NCBI GenBank assembly: GCA_947630435.1
Contig: CANRHO010000002.1
Location: 1 to 35,933 of the forward strand
Source: an uncultured Bacilli bacterium
GTDB lineage: Bacteria; Bacillota_I; Bacilli_A; RF39; UBA660
Reading direction: 5' to 3'
DNA: 35,933 bases
The notes under the pieces are model-generated. The model worked only from the letters and a program-made list of their open reading frames with translations. It had not been told where the DNA came from and ran no database searches. Positions 1-8,472 of the stretch are shown here, piece by piece (positions within the stretch are counted from its first letter, which is position 1; each line of letters starts with the position of its first letter). Both the position numbers and the translations under genes were made by a program.

Positions 1-949
1 ATAAATTTTGAATAACCGTAAATAAACTTGATGTTATCCAATATAAGCCAATTGCCGTTGACAATTGAAATGAACTTATAGTTATTATTACTACCATCAT
101 GTTCATCATCATTTTTGTTGATCCTGCTGCTGGATTAGAATTATCTGTTGCTTGGGTTCCATTAAGTTTTAATGAGAAGAATGTTACAATAAAAACAATA
201 ATTGGTATTATTATATACAACCAATGACCCTTAGATAATGCAAACCATGGAGTTGTTCCTAATTGTAAACCTAAAAACTTACCCTCAAATATAGCAGGAG
301 TTCTGTTTATTGCTTCTAAAAACGCAATGAATAAAGGAAGTTGTATTATAGCTATTAAACAACCAGAAAATAATGATATATTATACTTTTTATATATTGA
401 CATCATTTCTTGAGATTTTTGCATCATAGCTTGTTGATCATCCATTTTATTTGCATACTTTTTTTCTAATCTTTGAAGCTCTGGTTGGGCTTTTTTTAAA
501 TTTTCTGATTGCATAGCACTTTTTTTAGTTACAGGATATAAAATTAATCTTATAACTAAACCTGCTAAAATTACTGCTAAACCAAAGTTATTTACGAGAT
601 AACCTAATTTCAATATTAACCATGATAATGGTTTAATAAATATGTTATCCCACAATCCCTCGTCAGCCTTAATTGTTGGTATGAATTTTGAACAGGTTGT
701 TAATTTATCTGTTTTTACACCATTTTTATTGTATATATCAACCAAATCTTCATCTTCTGGTCTACACAAAATATTTTTTGTTAAAGCTTGACCAGTTGCA
801 TTACTTCCTTTTTCATATCTAATAACTTGTTTTGTTTTTTTACCCTTATTATTAGTTTTTTCTACAATTAGTTGTTTTGTGCAACCTGAAAGTAAAAAAA
901 CTAGTAAAAAAACTATTATTATCTTACCTATTTTTTTTAGTTTTTTCAT
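1..949 (-). CDS. yidC: Membrane protein insertase YidC/SpoIIIJ family, lipoprotein form. The 3' end runs off the window.
   Basis: The ORF is not in the supplied track because it has no stop inside the window. My reverse-complement translation from the ATG at 949-947 reads MKKLKKIGKIIIVFLLVFLLSGC..., a lipobox signal. It continues with YidC-like segments (...LVIRLILYPVTKKS...PELQRLEKKY...GCLIAIIQLPLFIAF...GLYWITSSLFTVIQN). The position next to rnpA is the canonical one. Confidence 0.8.
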   Translation of the reverse strand, partial: MKKLKKIGKIIIVFLLVFLLSGCTKQLIVEKTNNKGKKTKQVIRYEKGSNATGQALTKNILCRPEDEDLVDIYNKNGVKTDKLTTCSKFIPTIKADEGLWDNIFIKPLSWLILKLGYLVNNFGLAVILAGLVIRLILYPVTKKSAMQSENLKKAQPELQRLEKKYANKMDDQQAMMQKSQEMMSIYKKYNISLFSGCLIAIIQLPLFIAFLEAINRTPAIFEGKFLGLQLGTTPWFALSKGHWLYIIIPIIVFIVTFFSLKLNGTQATDNSNPAAGSTKMMMNMMVVIITISSFQLSTAIGLYWITSSLFTVIQNL

Positions 950-964
950 CTAGCTTATAATCTC

Positions 965-1291
965 CTATCTATTTAATTTTTTAAAATTATCAATTAAATC
1001 CTCTTTTAATTCTAAATACTTAGCGTTGTTAGCACTTTTCTTTAATACAATTATATAATCTTTATTTGGAAAAAGCAACTTAGATTTATCAATAATATCT
1101 TTTATTCTTCTTTTAAGTTTATTTCTAAAAACGGCTTTCCCTAATTTTTTTGATACACATATACCAAAACGATAATTATCTAATTTATTATCGTGGATGT
1201 ATATATAAAAATATTTTGTAGTTATTTGGTTTTTCAATTTAAATGCTATATCAAAATCTTTTTTTTCCTTAATTATATTTATTTTCTTCAT
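965..1291 (-). CDS. rnpA: Ribonuclease P protein component
   Basis: 108-aa basic protein with an RnpA-like core (RFGICVSKKLGKAVFRNKLKRRIKD). It sits in the conserved rpmH-rnpA-yidC order. Confidence 0.85.
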   Translation of the reverse strand: MKKINIIKEKKDFDIAFKLKNQITTKYFYIYIHDNKLDNYRFGICVSKKLGKAVFRNKLKRRIKDIIDKSKLLFPNKDYIIVLKKSANNAKYLELKEDLIDNFKKLNR

Positions 1292-1307
1292 CTAAACCAC
1301 CTTTATA

Positions 1308-1335
1308 ACAAAAAACCACTTATTCAAATAAGTGG
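1308..1335 (-). terminator. Rho-independent terminator or attenuator between rpmH and rnpA
   Basis: On the minus strand the stem is CCACTTA/TAAGTGG (1316-1322 pairing with 1329-1335) with a 6-nt loop, followed by TTTTTTGT. It starts 3 nt after the rpmH stop. Confidence 0.5.
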
Positions 1336-1337
1336 AA

Positions 1338-1466
1338 TTATGCCGATAACTTTTTACGCCCTTTTGCTCTTCTTAAATTCATAATACCAGTTCCAGCTAA
1401 TTTTCTAGCAAAAAAACCATGTTTTTTCTTTCTTTTATTATTATTTGGTTGAAAAGGTCTTTTCAT
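1338..1466 (-). CDS. rpmH: 50S ribosomal protein L34
   Basis: Too short for the ORF track. My translation of the minus strand is [42 protein letters not shown], a typical L34 sequence. Confidence 0.9.
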   Translation of the reverse strand: MKRPFQPNNNKRKKKHGFFARKLAGTGIMNLRRAKGRKKLSA

Positions 1467-1779
1467 ATTTACACCTCCAATTTTTTCGTTTTTTAAACAT
1501 GACTTATTATAAGATTTATTTTTTTAATTGTCAACCTTTTTAATACACAGTTTAAATTACTCCTTTTTTAAAAAAATGTCATATCATTTTGTCTTCATAT
1601 TTATTATTTCTTATTTAATTTTACTTGTTCTAAATTATTTTAATCATATAAAAACAGATATTTTCATATTTTACTACATACCAAATAATTCATATCTTAT
1701 TTTAGCAAATATATATATTTTTTTTAATATTTAACAATAATTTTTTCAACAATTGGGTTTTAAAAAATTAATAACATAC

Positions 1780-1995
1780 TTTTCCACAGATTTTCATTTA
1801 TTTTTCTTATATTATATAACAAATTAACTAATTATTAACACCTTGTGGAAAACTATTACATGTTAATATTTTTTATGTTAATAACTATTTTTGTGGAAAA
1901 GTTGATTATTAATTATTTTCTTATATTTTATAATATTTTTTGTGGAAAACTGTTGTGGAAAATATTTATTTAACCATATACATTGTTTTTCCACA
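1780..1995. other. oriC upstream DnaA-box cluster: six exact copies of TTTTCCACA/TGTGGAAAA
   Basis: The 9-mers lie at 1780-1788 (+), 1844-1852, 1892-1900, 1941-1949, 1954-1962 (all reverse orientation) and 1987-1995 (+). Each differs at one position from the consensus TTATCCACA. They lie in the AT-rich spacer between divergent rpmH and dnaA. Confidence 0.85.
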
Positions 1996-2051
1996 GAATT
2001 TTTGATAAAATATATTTAGACAACTCTTTTATAGGGGGAAAGGAGGTTATT

Positions 2052-3404
2052 ATGAACATAGATAATCTATGGGATAATTTCCTAATGAAAATTAAACCAA
2101 AGATATCTTCTTTATCATATGATACATGGTTTAAAAACACAAAATTAGTATCACTTGATAATAACGTAGCTAAAATACTTGTAGATTCTCCATTACAAAA
2201 GAAAAGTCTACAAGAAACTTGGTATCAAACTATATCTGATGTATTTAATGAAATAACTAATACCAGTTTTGATTTTGAATTTGTATTTGAAGATGAAGTA
2301 AAAGAAAATTCAAATATTCCTATGGAAAATATAGGTGTTCCTTTAAATACTCCTGAAAAATCAAACTTAAATTCAAAATATACGTTTGATTCATTCATAG
2401 TAGGTGATAGTAATAAATTTGCTTATATGGCTGCTGTTTCGGTTGCGGAAAATCCTGGAAAAACATATAATCCTTTATTCTTATATGGAAACAGTGGGTT
2501 GGGTAAAACTCATTTAATGCATGCAATAGGTAACTTTATAATTGAAAATTCTAACAAAAAAGTACTATATGTAACAAGTGAGCAATTTATTTCTGACTTT
2601 CTTAATTTAAATAAAAAAGATGAATCAGGAACAAATTTTAGTTACATTGATAGTTTTAAGAGTAAATATAGGGGTGTAGACGTTCTAATAATTGATGATA
2701 TTCAGTTTTTAGGAGGTGCTACTCAAACTCAACAAGAATTTTTTAACACCTTCAATAATTTATATGATGATAATAAACAAATTATTATTTCATCTGATAG
2801 ATCACCTGATGATTTAAAAAAGTTGGAAGATCGTTTGAGAACAAGGTTTAATTGGGGATTGAGTGTTAATATTTATCCACCAGAATATGAGATGCGTATT
2901 GAAATATTAAAGAAGAAAATAATTGGTCAAAACATGGAAGGAGAGGTAAGTGATGACGTTATTGCTTATATAGCAAATAACTGTGATTCTGACGTAAGAC
3001 AACTTGAAGGTGCATTAACTAGAGTTATAGCATATGCAACGATGTTTAATACAAGTGATATAAATCTTAACTTAGCAATTGAAGCTTTAAAAGATTATTT
3101 ATCTAAATCTTCTTTTATAAAAAATAATATTCAAAAAATACAACAAGTAGTAGCAGAGTATTACAACATAACAGTGGAAGATTTAAAATCAAAAAAAAGA
3201 AAGGCTGATATTGCTTTTCCAAGACAAGTTGCTATATATTTATGCAGAACTTTAACGGACGAATCTTTTCCAAAAATTGGTATTCAATTTGGAGGAAGAG
3301 ATCATTCTACCGTAATGCATTCAGTAGATAAAATAAACAATGAATTAAAAACTAATCCTCAATTTAAATCAGTAATTGATACATTAAAAAATAAAATAAA
3401 ATAA
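2052..3404 (+). CDS. dnaA: Chromosomal replication initiator protein DnaA
   Basis: Shows the Walker A motif GNSGLGKTHL, the box VII region and a C-terminal DNA-binding helix (FGGRDHSTVMHS). I chose the ATG at 2052, preceded by AGGAGG at 2041-2046, over the upstream in-frame TTG at 1983 that begins the track ORF. Confidence 0.97.
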   Translation: MNIDNLWDNFLMKIKPKISSLSYDTWFKNTKLVSLDNNVAKILVDSPLQKKSLQETWYQTISDVFNEITNTSFDFEFVFEDEVKENSNIPMENIGVPLNTPEKSNLNSKYTFDSFIVGDSNKFAYMAAVSVAENPGKTYNPLFLYGNSGLGKTHLMHAIGNFIIENSNKKVLYVTSEQFISDFLNLNKKDESGTNFSYIDSFKSKYRGVDVLIIDDIQFLGGATQTQQEFFNTFNNLYDDNKQIIISSDRSPDDLKKLEDRLRTRFNWGLSVNIYPPEYEMRIEILKKKIIGQNMEGEVSDDVIAYIANNCDSDVRQLEGALTRVIAYATMFNTSDINLNLAIEALKDYLSKSSFIKNNIQKIQQVVAEYYNITVEDLKSKKRKADIAFPRQVAIYLCRTLTDESFPKIGIQFGGRDHSTVMHSVDKINNELKTNPQFKSVIDTLKNKIK

Positions 3405-3407
3405 ACT

Positions 3408-3505
3408 TGTGGAATAAAGGGGTAATTTTCAACTGATAATGTGGATTAAAAATGTATAATCTTCTTTAATTATAAAGGAAAACAAAGTTTTCCACATTAT
3501 CCACA
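3408..3505. other. oriC downstream DnaA-box cluster in the dnaA-dnaN spacer
   Basis: TGTGGAATA at 3408-3416 and TGTGGATTA at 3440-3448. TTTTCCACA at 3488-3496 directly abuts a perfect TTATCCACA at 3497-3505. A run made almost entirely of A and T follows, up to the dnaN ribosome-binding site. Confidence 0.8.
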
Positions 3506-3548
3506 ATAATAATAAAAATAAATAATAAAAAAGGAGAAATAAAATAAC

Positions 3549-4670
3549 ATGAAATTTAGTATTAAAAAAGATGTTTTACTTAATAGTTTAAATTCAGTAA
3601 GTAAAGCATTATCAAGTAAAAATTTAATTCCTGTATTATCAGGTATAAAATTTAATTTAACAAATAACGGATTATTCCTAAGTGCAAGTGATAATGATAT
3701 TAGTATAGAATCTTTTATTGATAAAAATAAATTAGAAGAAATAGAAAAAGTAGGTAGTACTGTTATACAAGGTAAATATATTTTAGAAATAATTAGAAAG
3801 CTAGAAGGAAGAATAGTAAATATAGAATTATTAGATAACATAAAAGTACTTATTTCCTGTGGGAACTCAGAATTTAATTTAAATTGTATGGATGCATCAG
3901 AATTTCCTAACTTAAATATGGAAGAAAAAAAAGAACCTATAATAATTAAGAAAACAGAATTTAAAAACTTAATTAATAAAACTTCTTTTGCAGTATCGAC
4001 CCAAGAAACACGACCAATACTTACCGGAATAAATTTTAAAATAAATGAAAATAAATTAGAATGTATATCTACTGATTCTTATAGGTTAGCAAAAAAATAT
4101 GTTATTTTAAGTAATAAGGTAGCAGAAGATATAAATATAGTAATACCTGGTAAAAATTTGATAGAACTAACAAAAATATTAGAAGAAAAAGATGATGATA
4201 TTCAAATGCACGTATTTAATAATAAAGTATTATTTAAATTTGATAATACGTTATTTCAAACTAGAGTACTTTCTGGAACATTTCCAGATGTTAATAGGTT
4301 AATACCATCATCATTTGAATTAGAAGTAAAGGCTAATGCTGGGGAATTTTTTAATGTAATAGACAGAGCAGCATTACTTACTAGTGAAAAAGATAAAAAT
4401 ATTGTTAAGTTTGAAACAGAAAAAAAAGAATTAATAGTATCATCTAATTCTCCAGAAATAGGACGAGTAGAAGAAAAAATGGATGTTGAAAAAAATAATG
4501 ATAATAATATAAAAATTGCTTTTTCATCTAAATTTATGATGGATGCTTTAAGAACGATTGAAAGTAAAAACGTTGTTTTATGTTTTAATAATGATGTACA
4601 ACCAATTATTATTAAAGATGATAAAGATAAAACGTTATTGCAATTAATATTACCTATTAAGACATATTAA
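3549..4670 (+). CDS. dnaN: DNA polymerase III beta sliding clamp
   Basis: 373-aa protein with typical clamp sequence (RPILTGINF, STDSYRLA, FPDVNRLIP), immediately after dnaA. Confidence 0.95.
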   Translation: MKFSIKKDVLLNSLNSVSKALSSKNLIPVLSGIKFNLTNNGLFLSASDNDISIESFIDKNKLEEIEKVGSTVIQGKYILEIIRKLEGRIVNIELLDNIKVLISCGNSEFNLNCMDASEFPNLNMEEKKEPIIIKKTEFKNLINKTSFAVSTQETRPILTGINFKINENKLECISTDSYRLAKKYVILSNKVAEDINIVIPGKNLIELTKILEEKDDDIQMHVFNNKVLFKFDNTLFQTRVLSGTFPDVNRLIPSSFELEVKANAGEFFNVIDRAALLTSEKDKNIVKFETEKKELIVSSNSPEIGRVEEKMDVEKNNDNNIKIAFSSKFMMDALRTIESKNVVLCFNNDVQPIIIKDDKDKTLLQLILPIKTY

Positions 4671-4724
4671 AATTAAATTTTTATAATTTATAATTATGTT
4701 AAATAATTAGTTATTAATATAAAT

Positions 4725-4752
4725 AAGAAGATTAAATTCTTCTTTTTATTTT
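4725..4752 (+). terminator. Putative terminator after dnaN
   Basis: Stem AAGAAG/CTTCTT (4725-4730 pairing with 4739-4744), an 8-nt loop, then TTTATTTT. Confidence 0.45.
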
Positions 4753-4788
4753 ACTTATTTCAAAATGTGACATTTTTTTTAAAAATAT

Positions 4789-4797
4789 TGTGGATAA
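4789..4797 (-). promoter_or_regulatory. Perfect consensus DnaA box (TGTGGATAA) 36 bp upstream of the ComK-like start codon
   Basis: Exact reverse complement of TTATCCACA, read directly from the sequence. Function is not established. Confidence 0.5.
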
Positions 4798-4832
4798 TAT
4801 ATGCAAATATTTTAAAAAGGAAGGTTTTGGAT

Positions 4833-5294
4833 ATGAATGAATATGAAATTAATAGAAAGACACTTGCTATAATTCCAATAGGGGAAAATAAAAGTAAAGT
4901 AATTGAAGTAAGGGAAGAATTCATTGTTAATTGTTCTCCAATAAAAATAGTAGATAATAGCTGTAAATTTTTTGGTAGTTCTTATGAGGGTAGGTTTTAT
5001 GGTACTAAAACTTTAACTGGTATAACCCATAAATCTCCAATCATTATAGAAGAAAGTAAAAAAATAATATTTTTTCCAACCAAATCACCTAGGTTAAATA
5101 CTTGTATTTGGTTATCATTTAATAATATTTTAAATTATATAGAAAAAGGGAAAGAATCTATAATAACATTTTCTTGTGGAAAAGAGATTAAATTAGATAT
5201 TTCTTATTCAATAATTGATAATCAAGTACTAAGATCAACTCGTTTAGAGTCTGTTTTATCAAAAAGAATAGAAAATTTTTCAAAAAGCATATAA
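4833..5294 (+). CDS. ComK-family (competence transcription factor-like) protein
   Basis: From the ATG at 4833 (RBS AGGAAGG upstream) the protein reads MNEYEINRKTLAIIPIG...IKIVDNSCKFFGSSYEGR...THKSPIII...IIFFPTKSPRLNTCIWLSFNNI...ITFSCGKEIKLDISYSIIDNQVLRSTRL. I align this by eye to the conserved blocks of B. subtilis ComK (YEVN..TIAVLP, IVDRSCRFFGSSYAGR, HKPPIMV, FLFPT.S....C.WI, VTFSNGK...PISY.SF.NQ..RT). Confidence 0.7.
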   Translation: MNEYEINRKTLAIIPIGENKSKVIEVREEFIVNCSPIKIVDNSCKFFGSSYEGRFYGTKTLTGITHKSPIIIEESKKIIFFPTKSPRLNTCIWLSFNNILNYIEKGKESIITFSCGKEIKLDISYSIIDNQVLRSTRLESVLSKRIENFSKSI

Positions 5295-5416
5295 AAATAT
5301 GTTTTTTTATTAAATAATAGCTAAATTAGCCTCATTTTGTGATATAATTAACATGTATGTAGTAGTATACCAAAAATAGGTGTAGGTGGTTTAAATGGGC
5401 GTTAAAATACGAAATA

Positions 5417-6529
5417 ATGTTTTTAAAGAGTTTGAGTTTAAATAATTTTAGAAATATTTCTAAAGTTTCTTTTAACTTTGATAAGAACATAAATATTTTT
5501 ATAGGAAATAATGCCCAAGGAAAAACAAACATACTTGAAAGTATATATTTTCTTGCAATAACAAAATCGCATAGGACACGCAATGAACTTAATTTAATAA
5601 AAAATGGAGAGTTATATACTAAAATATCAGGAACTTTTAAAGGTGATAATGATACTACTCATTCTTTATCTATTTTACTAAACGAAAACGGAAAGAAAGT
5701 AACTGTTGATAACATTATGCAAAGAAAAATAAGTAATTATTTATCAAGACTTAATGTTATTATGTTTTGTCCTGATGATTTAGAGATCGTAAAAGGTTCA
5801 CCAAGTATAAGAAGACGTTTTTTAAATATAGAATTAAGTCAATTTAGAAATGATTATGTTTTATTACTTAAAGAATATAATCAAATTTTAAAGCAAAGAA
5901 ATGAATATTTAAAACAAAAAAACAATGCAAAGTTTGATAGAACATATTTTAATATAATAACTAATAAACTTATTGATAAAAACATTGAGATAGTCAAAAT
6001 AAGATATGATTTTATTAATAAAATAAATAAAGAGTTACAAAAGGTCTTTGATAATATTGCGGATATGGGTGTTCTTAATATAAAATATAAAAGTTTTATA
6101 AATGAGGAATACTTAGAAAAAGAAGACTTAAAAGAATTTTTACTTAATAAGTATAATTCGATATTTATGAATGAGTTACTTCAAAAAACAACTCTTTTAG
6201 GTTGTCATAAAGATGACTTCAAATTATATTTAAATAACTTAGACGTTACTGAATTTTGCTCACAAGGACAACAAAGATTATCTATTTTAAGTTTGAAATT
6301 ATCTGAAATAGAAGTATTTATAAAAGAAAAAAAGACTAAACCTATAATTTTACTTGATGATATATTTAGTGAACTTGATGATTTTAAAAAAAATAACATA
6401 ATTAAATATTTTAAAAGAGACGATCAAATATTTATTACTACTACTGATATAAAAGATTTAAATAAAAATATAAAAGAAAAGGCTAGTATTTACATTGTAA
6501 ATAATGGTATTTTTACTAAGGAGGATTAA
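5417..6529 (+). CDS. recF: DNA replication and repair protein RecF
   Basis: N-terminal Walker A ([14 protein letters not shown]), the signature motif SQGQQR and Walker B ([10 protein letters not shown]). Confidence 0.93.
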   Translation: MFLKSLSLNNFRNISKVSFNFDKNINIFIGNNAQGKTNILESIYFLAITKSHRTRNELNLIKNGELYTKISGTFKGDNDTTHSLSILLNENGKKVTVDNIMQRKISNYLSRLNVIMFCPDDLEIVKGSPSIRRRFLNIELSQFRNDYVLLLKEYNQILKQRNEYLKQKNNAKFDRTYFNIITNKLIDKNIEIVKIRYDFINKINKELQKVFDNIADMGVLNIKYKSFINEEYLEKEDLKEFLLNKYNSIFMNELLQKTTLLGCHKDDFKLYLNNLDVTEFCSQGQQRLSILSLKLSEIEVFIKEKKTKPIILLDDIFSELDDFKKNNIIKYFKRDDQIFITTTDIKDLNKNIKEKASIYIVNNGIFTKED

Positions 6530-6531
6530 TT

Positions 6532-8460
6532 ATGAAAGAAAATAAAGAACATTATGATGCGTCCGATATACAAGTTTTAGAAGGATTAGAGGCAGTAAGA
6601 AAAAGACCTGGTATGTACATTGGTACAACGGATGTAAAAGGATTACATCATTTAGTTTGGGAGATTGTTGATAACGCAATTGATGAATCTTTAGCAGGTT
6701 ATTGCAATAACATTGAAATTATTATTAATAAAGATAATTCAGTTACCGTAAAAGATGATGGTCGTGGTATTCCAGTTGATATTCATCCAAAAACAAAAAT
6801 ATCAACAGTAGAAACCGTGTATACAGTACTACATGCTGGTGGTAAATTTGGAGGCGGAGGATATAAAGTATCAGGAGGACTTCATGGCGTTGGTGCATCA
6901 GTTGTTAATGCATTATCTAAATGGGTAGAGGTAACTGTTTATAAAAATAGTAAAATATATAAAATTAGATTTGAAAATGGTGGACATACTAAAGAACCAT
7001 TAAAAATAATAGGTGATTGTGAAGAAAACAGAACTGGAACTTGGGTAACATTTAAACCAGATCCTGATATATTTGACACAGATATATATGATTATGAAAC
7101 GTTAAAGGTAAGAGTAAGAGAACTTGCATTTTTAAATAAAGGTTTAAGAATAACTTTAAGAGATGATAGAGATGAAGAAGATACAACTGGAGAAACATTT
7201 ATTTACGAAGGTGGTATTTCTGAATATGTAAAATTTATTAATCAAGGAAAAACTCCAATTCATGAAGATATAATTCATTTAGATGGAATGGAAGATGGTG
7301 TATTTTTTGAAGTAGCTTTACAATATAATACTGGTTATAATGATAATATATACTCATTTGTTAATAACATTAACACTCACGATGGTGGAACACACGAAGA
7401 AGGTGTTAAAAGAGCATTAACAAGAGTTATAAATAATTATGCAAGAAAAGCAAGTATTTTAAAAGAAAAAGATGAATCTTTAACTGGTGATGACGTAAAA
7501 GAAGGCATCACAATGATTATATCTTGTAAGCATCCAAATCCACAATTTGAAGGTCAAACAAAAGGAAGATTAGGAAATTCTGAGGTAAGAAAACTTGCAG
7601 ATAAAGTATTTTCAGAAGGTTTTGAAAAGTTTTTGCTTGAAAATCCAGAGGAAGCTAAAATAATTATTAATAAGGCAATGCTAGCATCACGTGCTAGAAA
7701 CGCTGCTAAAAAAGCAAGGGAAATAACACGTAAAAGTGATTTGGCAACAACAAACTTCTTTGGAAAATTATCTGATTGTAAGAGTAAAGATCCAAAGGTA
7801 TCTGAAATCTTTATAGTCGAGGGAGATTCAGCAGGAGGAAGTGCAAAAAAAGGAAGAGATTCTATGACACAAGCAATTCTTCCGTTAAGAGGTAAAATAT
7901 TAAATGTAGAAAAAGCAAGATTAGATAAAGCCTTAGGAAATGAAGAAATAAGAACCATTATAACTGCTTTTGGAACGGGAATTGGTGCTGAGTTTGATTT
8001 AAGCAAGTTAAGATATGACAAAATAATAATAATGACCGATGCCGACGTTGATGGTTCACACATAAGGGTATTATTACTTACTTTATTTTATAGATTTTTT
8101 AAACCTATCGTAGAAGCAGGACATGTTTATGCTGCACAACCACCGTTATTTAGAATAACGCATGGTAAAACAAGAAAATACGTACTTGATGAGGTTGCAA
8201 AAGAAGCTTATTTAGCATCTTTACCAGAAAATGCAAGACAAAAAGCAGAAATTACACGTATGAAAGGTCTTGGCGAAATGGATGCAGAAGAATTAAACGA
8301 AACCACAATGGATATAGAAAAAAGAACTTTAAGAAAAATAACGGTAGAAGATTGTGTAACAGCAGATGCTATGTTTAGTAAATTAATGGGTGAAGAAGTA
8401 GAGCCTAGAAGAGAATTTATTGAAACAAATGCACGATATGTTAAAAATTTGGATATTTAA
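6532..8460 (+). CDS. gyrB: DNA gyrase subunit B
   Basis: GHKL ATPase motifs ([30 protein letters not shown]), the Toprim EGDSAGG motif and [10 protein letters not shown]. Confidence 0.98.
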   Translation: MKENKEHYDASDIQVLEGLEAVRKRPGMYIGTTDVKGLHHLVWEIVDNAIDESLAGYCNNIEIIINKDNSVTVKDDGRGIPVDIHPKTKISTVETVYTVLHAGGKFGGGGYKVSGGLHGVGASVVNALSKWVEVTVYKNSKIYKIRFENGGHTKEPLKIIGDCEENRTGTWVTFKPDPDIFDTDIYDYETLKVRVRELAFLNKGLRITLRDDRDEEDTTGETFIYEGGISEYVKFINQGKTPIHEDIIHLDGMEDGVFFEVALQYNTGYNDNIYSFVNNINTHDGGTHEEGVKRALTRVINNYARKASILKEKDESLTGDDVKEGITMIISCKHPNPQFEGQTKGRLGNSEVRKLADKVFSEGFEKFLLENPEEAKIIINKAMLASRARNAAKKAREITRKSDLATTNFFGKLSDCKSKDPKVSEIFIVEGDSAGGSAKKGRDSMTQAILPLRGKILNVEKARLDKALGNEEIRTIITAFGTGIGAEFDLSKLRYDKIIIMTDADVDGSHIRVLLLTLFYRFFKPIVEAGHVYAAQPPLFRITHGKTRKYVLDEVAKEAYLASLPENARQKAEITRMKGLGEMDAEELNETTMDIEKRTLRKITVEDCVTADAMFSKLMGEEVEPRREFIETNARYVKNLDI

Positions 8461-8472
8461 GGAGGTTTTAGA

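Noticed and set aside
1193-1384. 63-aa plus-strand ORF overlapping rnpA and rpmH.
   Set aside because: It is antisense to two conserved genes and spans their intergenic terminator. It has no RBS and no recognisable protein features.
1528-1734. 68-aa plus-strand ORF in the rpmH-dnaA spacer.
   Set aside because: It lies in the AT-rich origin spacer and has no RBS. Its Ile/Phe/Leu/Tyr/Asn-rich sequence is what random AT-rich DNA encodes. I treat it as part of oriC rather than as a gene.
3191-3198. An 8-A run (A AAA AAA in frame) in dnaA, and a similar run in dnaN at about 3926-3933, considered as programmed frameshift sites.
   Set aside because: No biological precedent exists for shortened DnaA or DnaN products. 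I use these runs only as controls showing that such heptamers and nearby out-of-frame stops are common in this lysine-rich, AT-rich genome. This lowers confidence in the dnaX case.
7554-8063. 169-aa minus-strand ORF inside gyrB. Similar antisense ORFs are at 3497-3841, 6205-6399, 8612-8806, 12807-13046, 14896-15243, 17652-18032, 18864-19336, 22173-22672, 24673-24948, 25101-25385 and 32671-32967.
   Set aside because: Each is embedded antisense in, or overlaps, a strongly supported conserved gene. All have low-complexity, hydrophobic or Ser/Leu/Phe-rich sequences without RBS or motifs. They are shadow ORFs.
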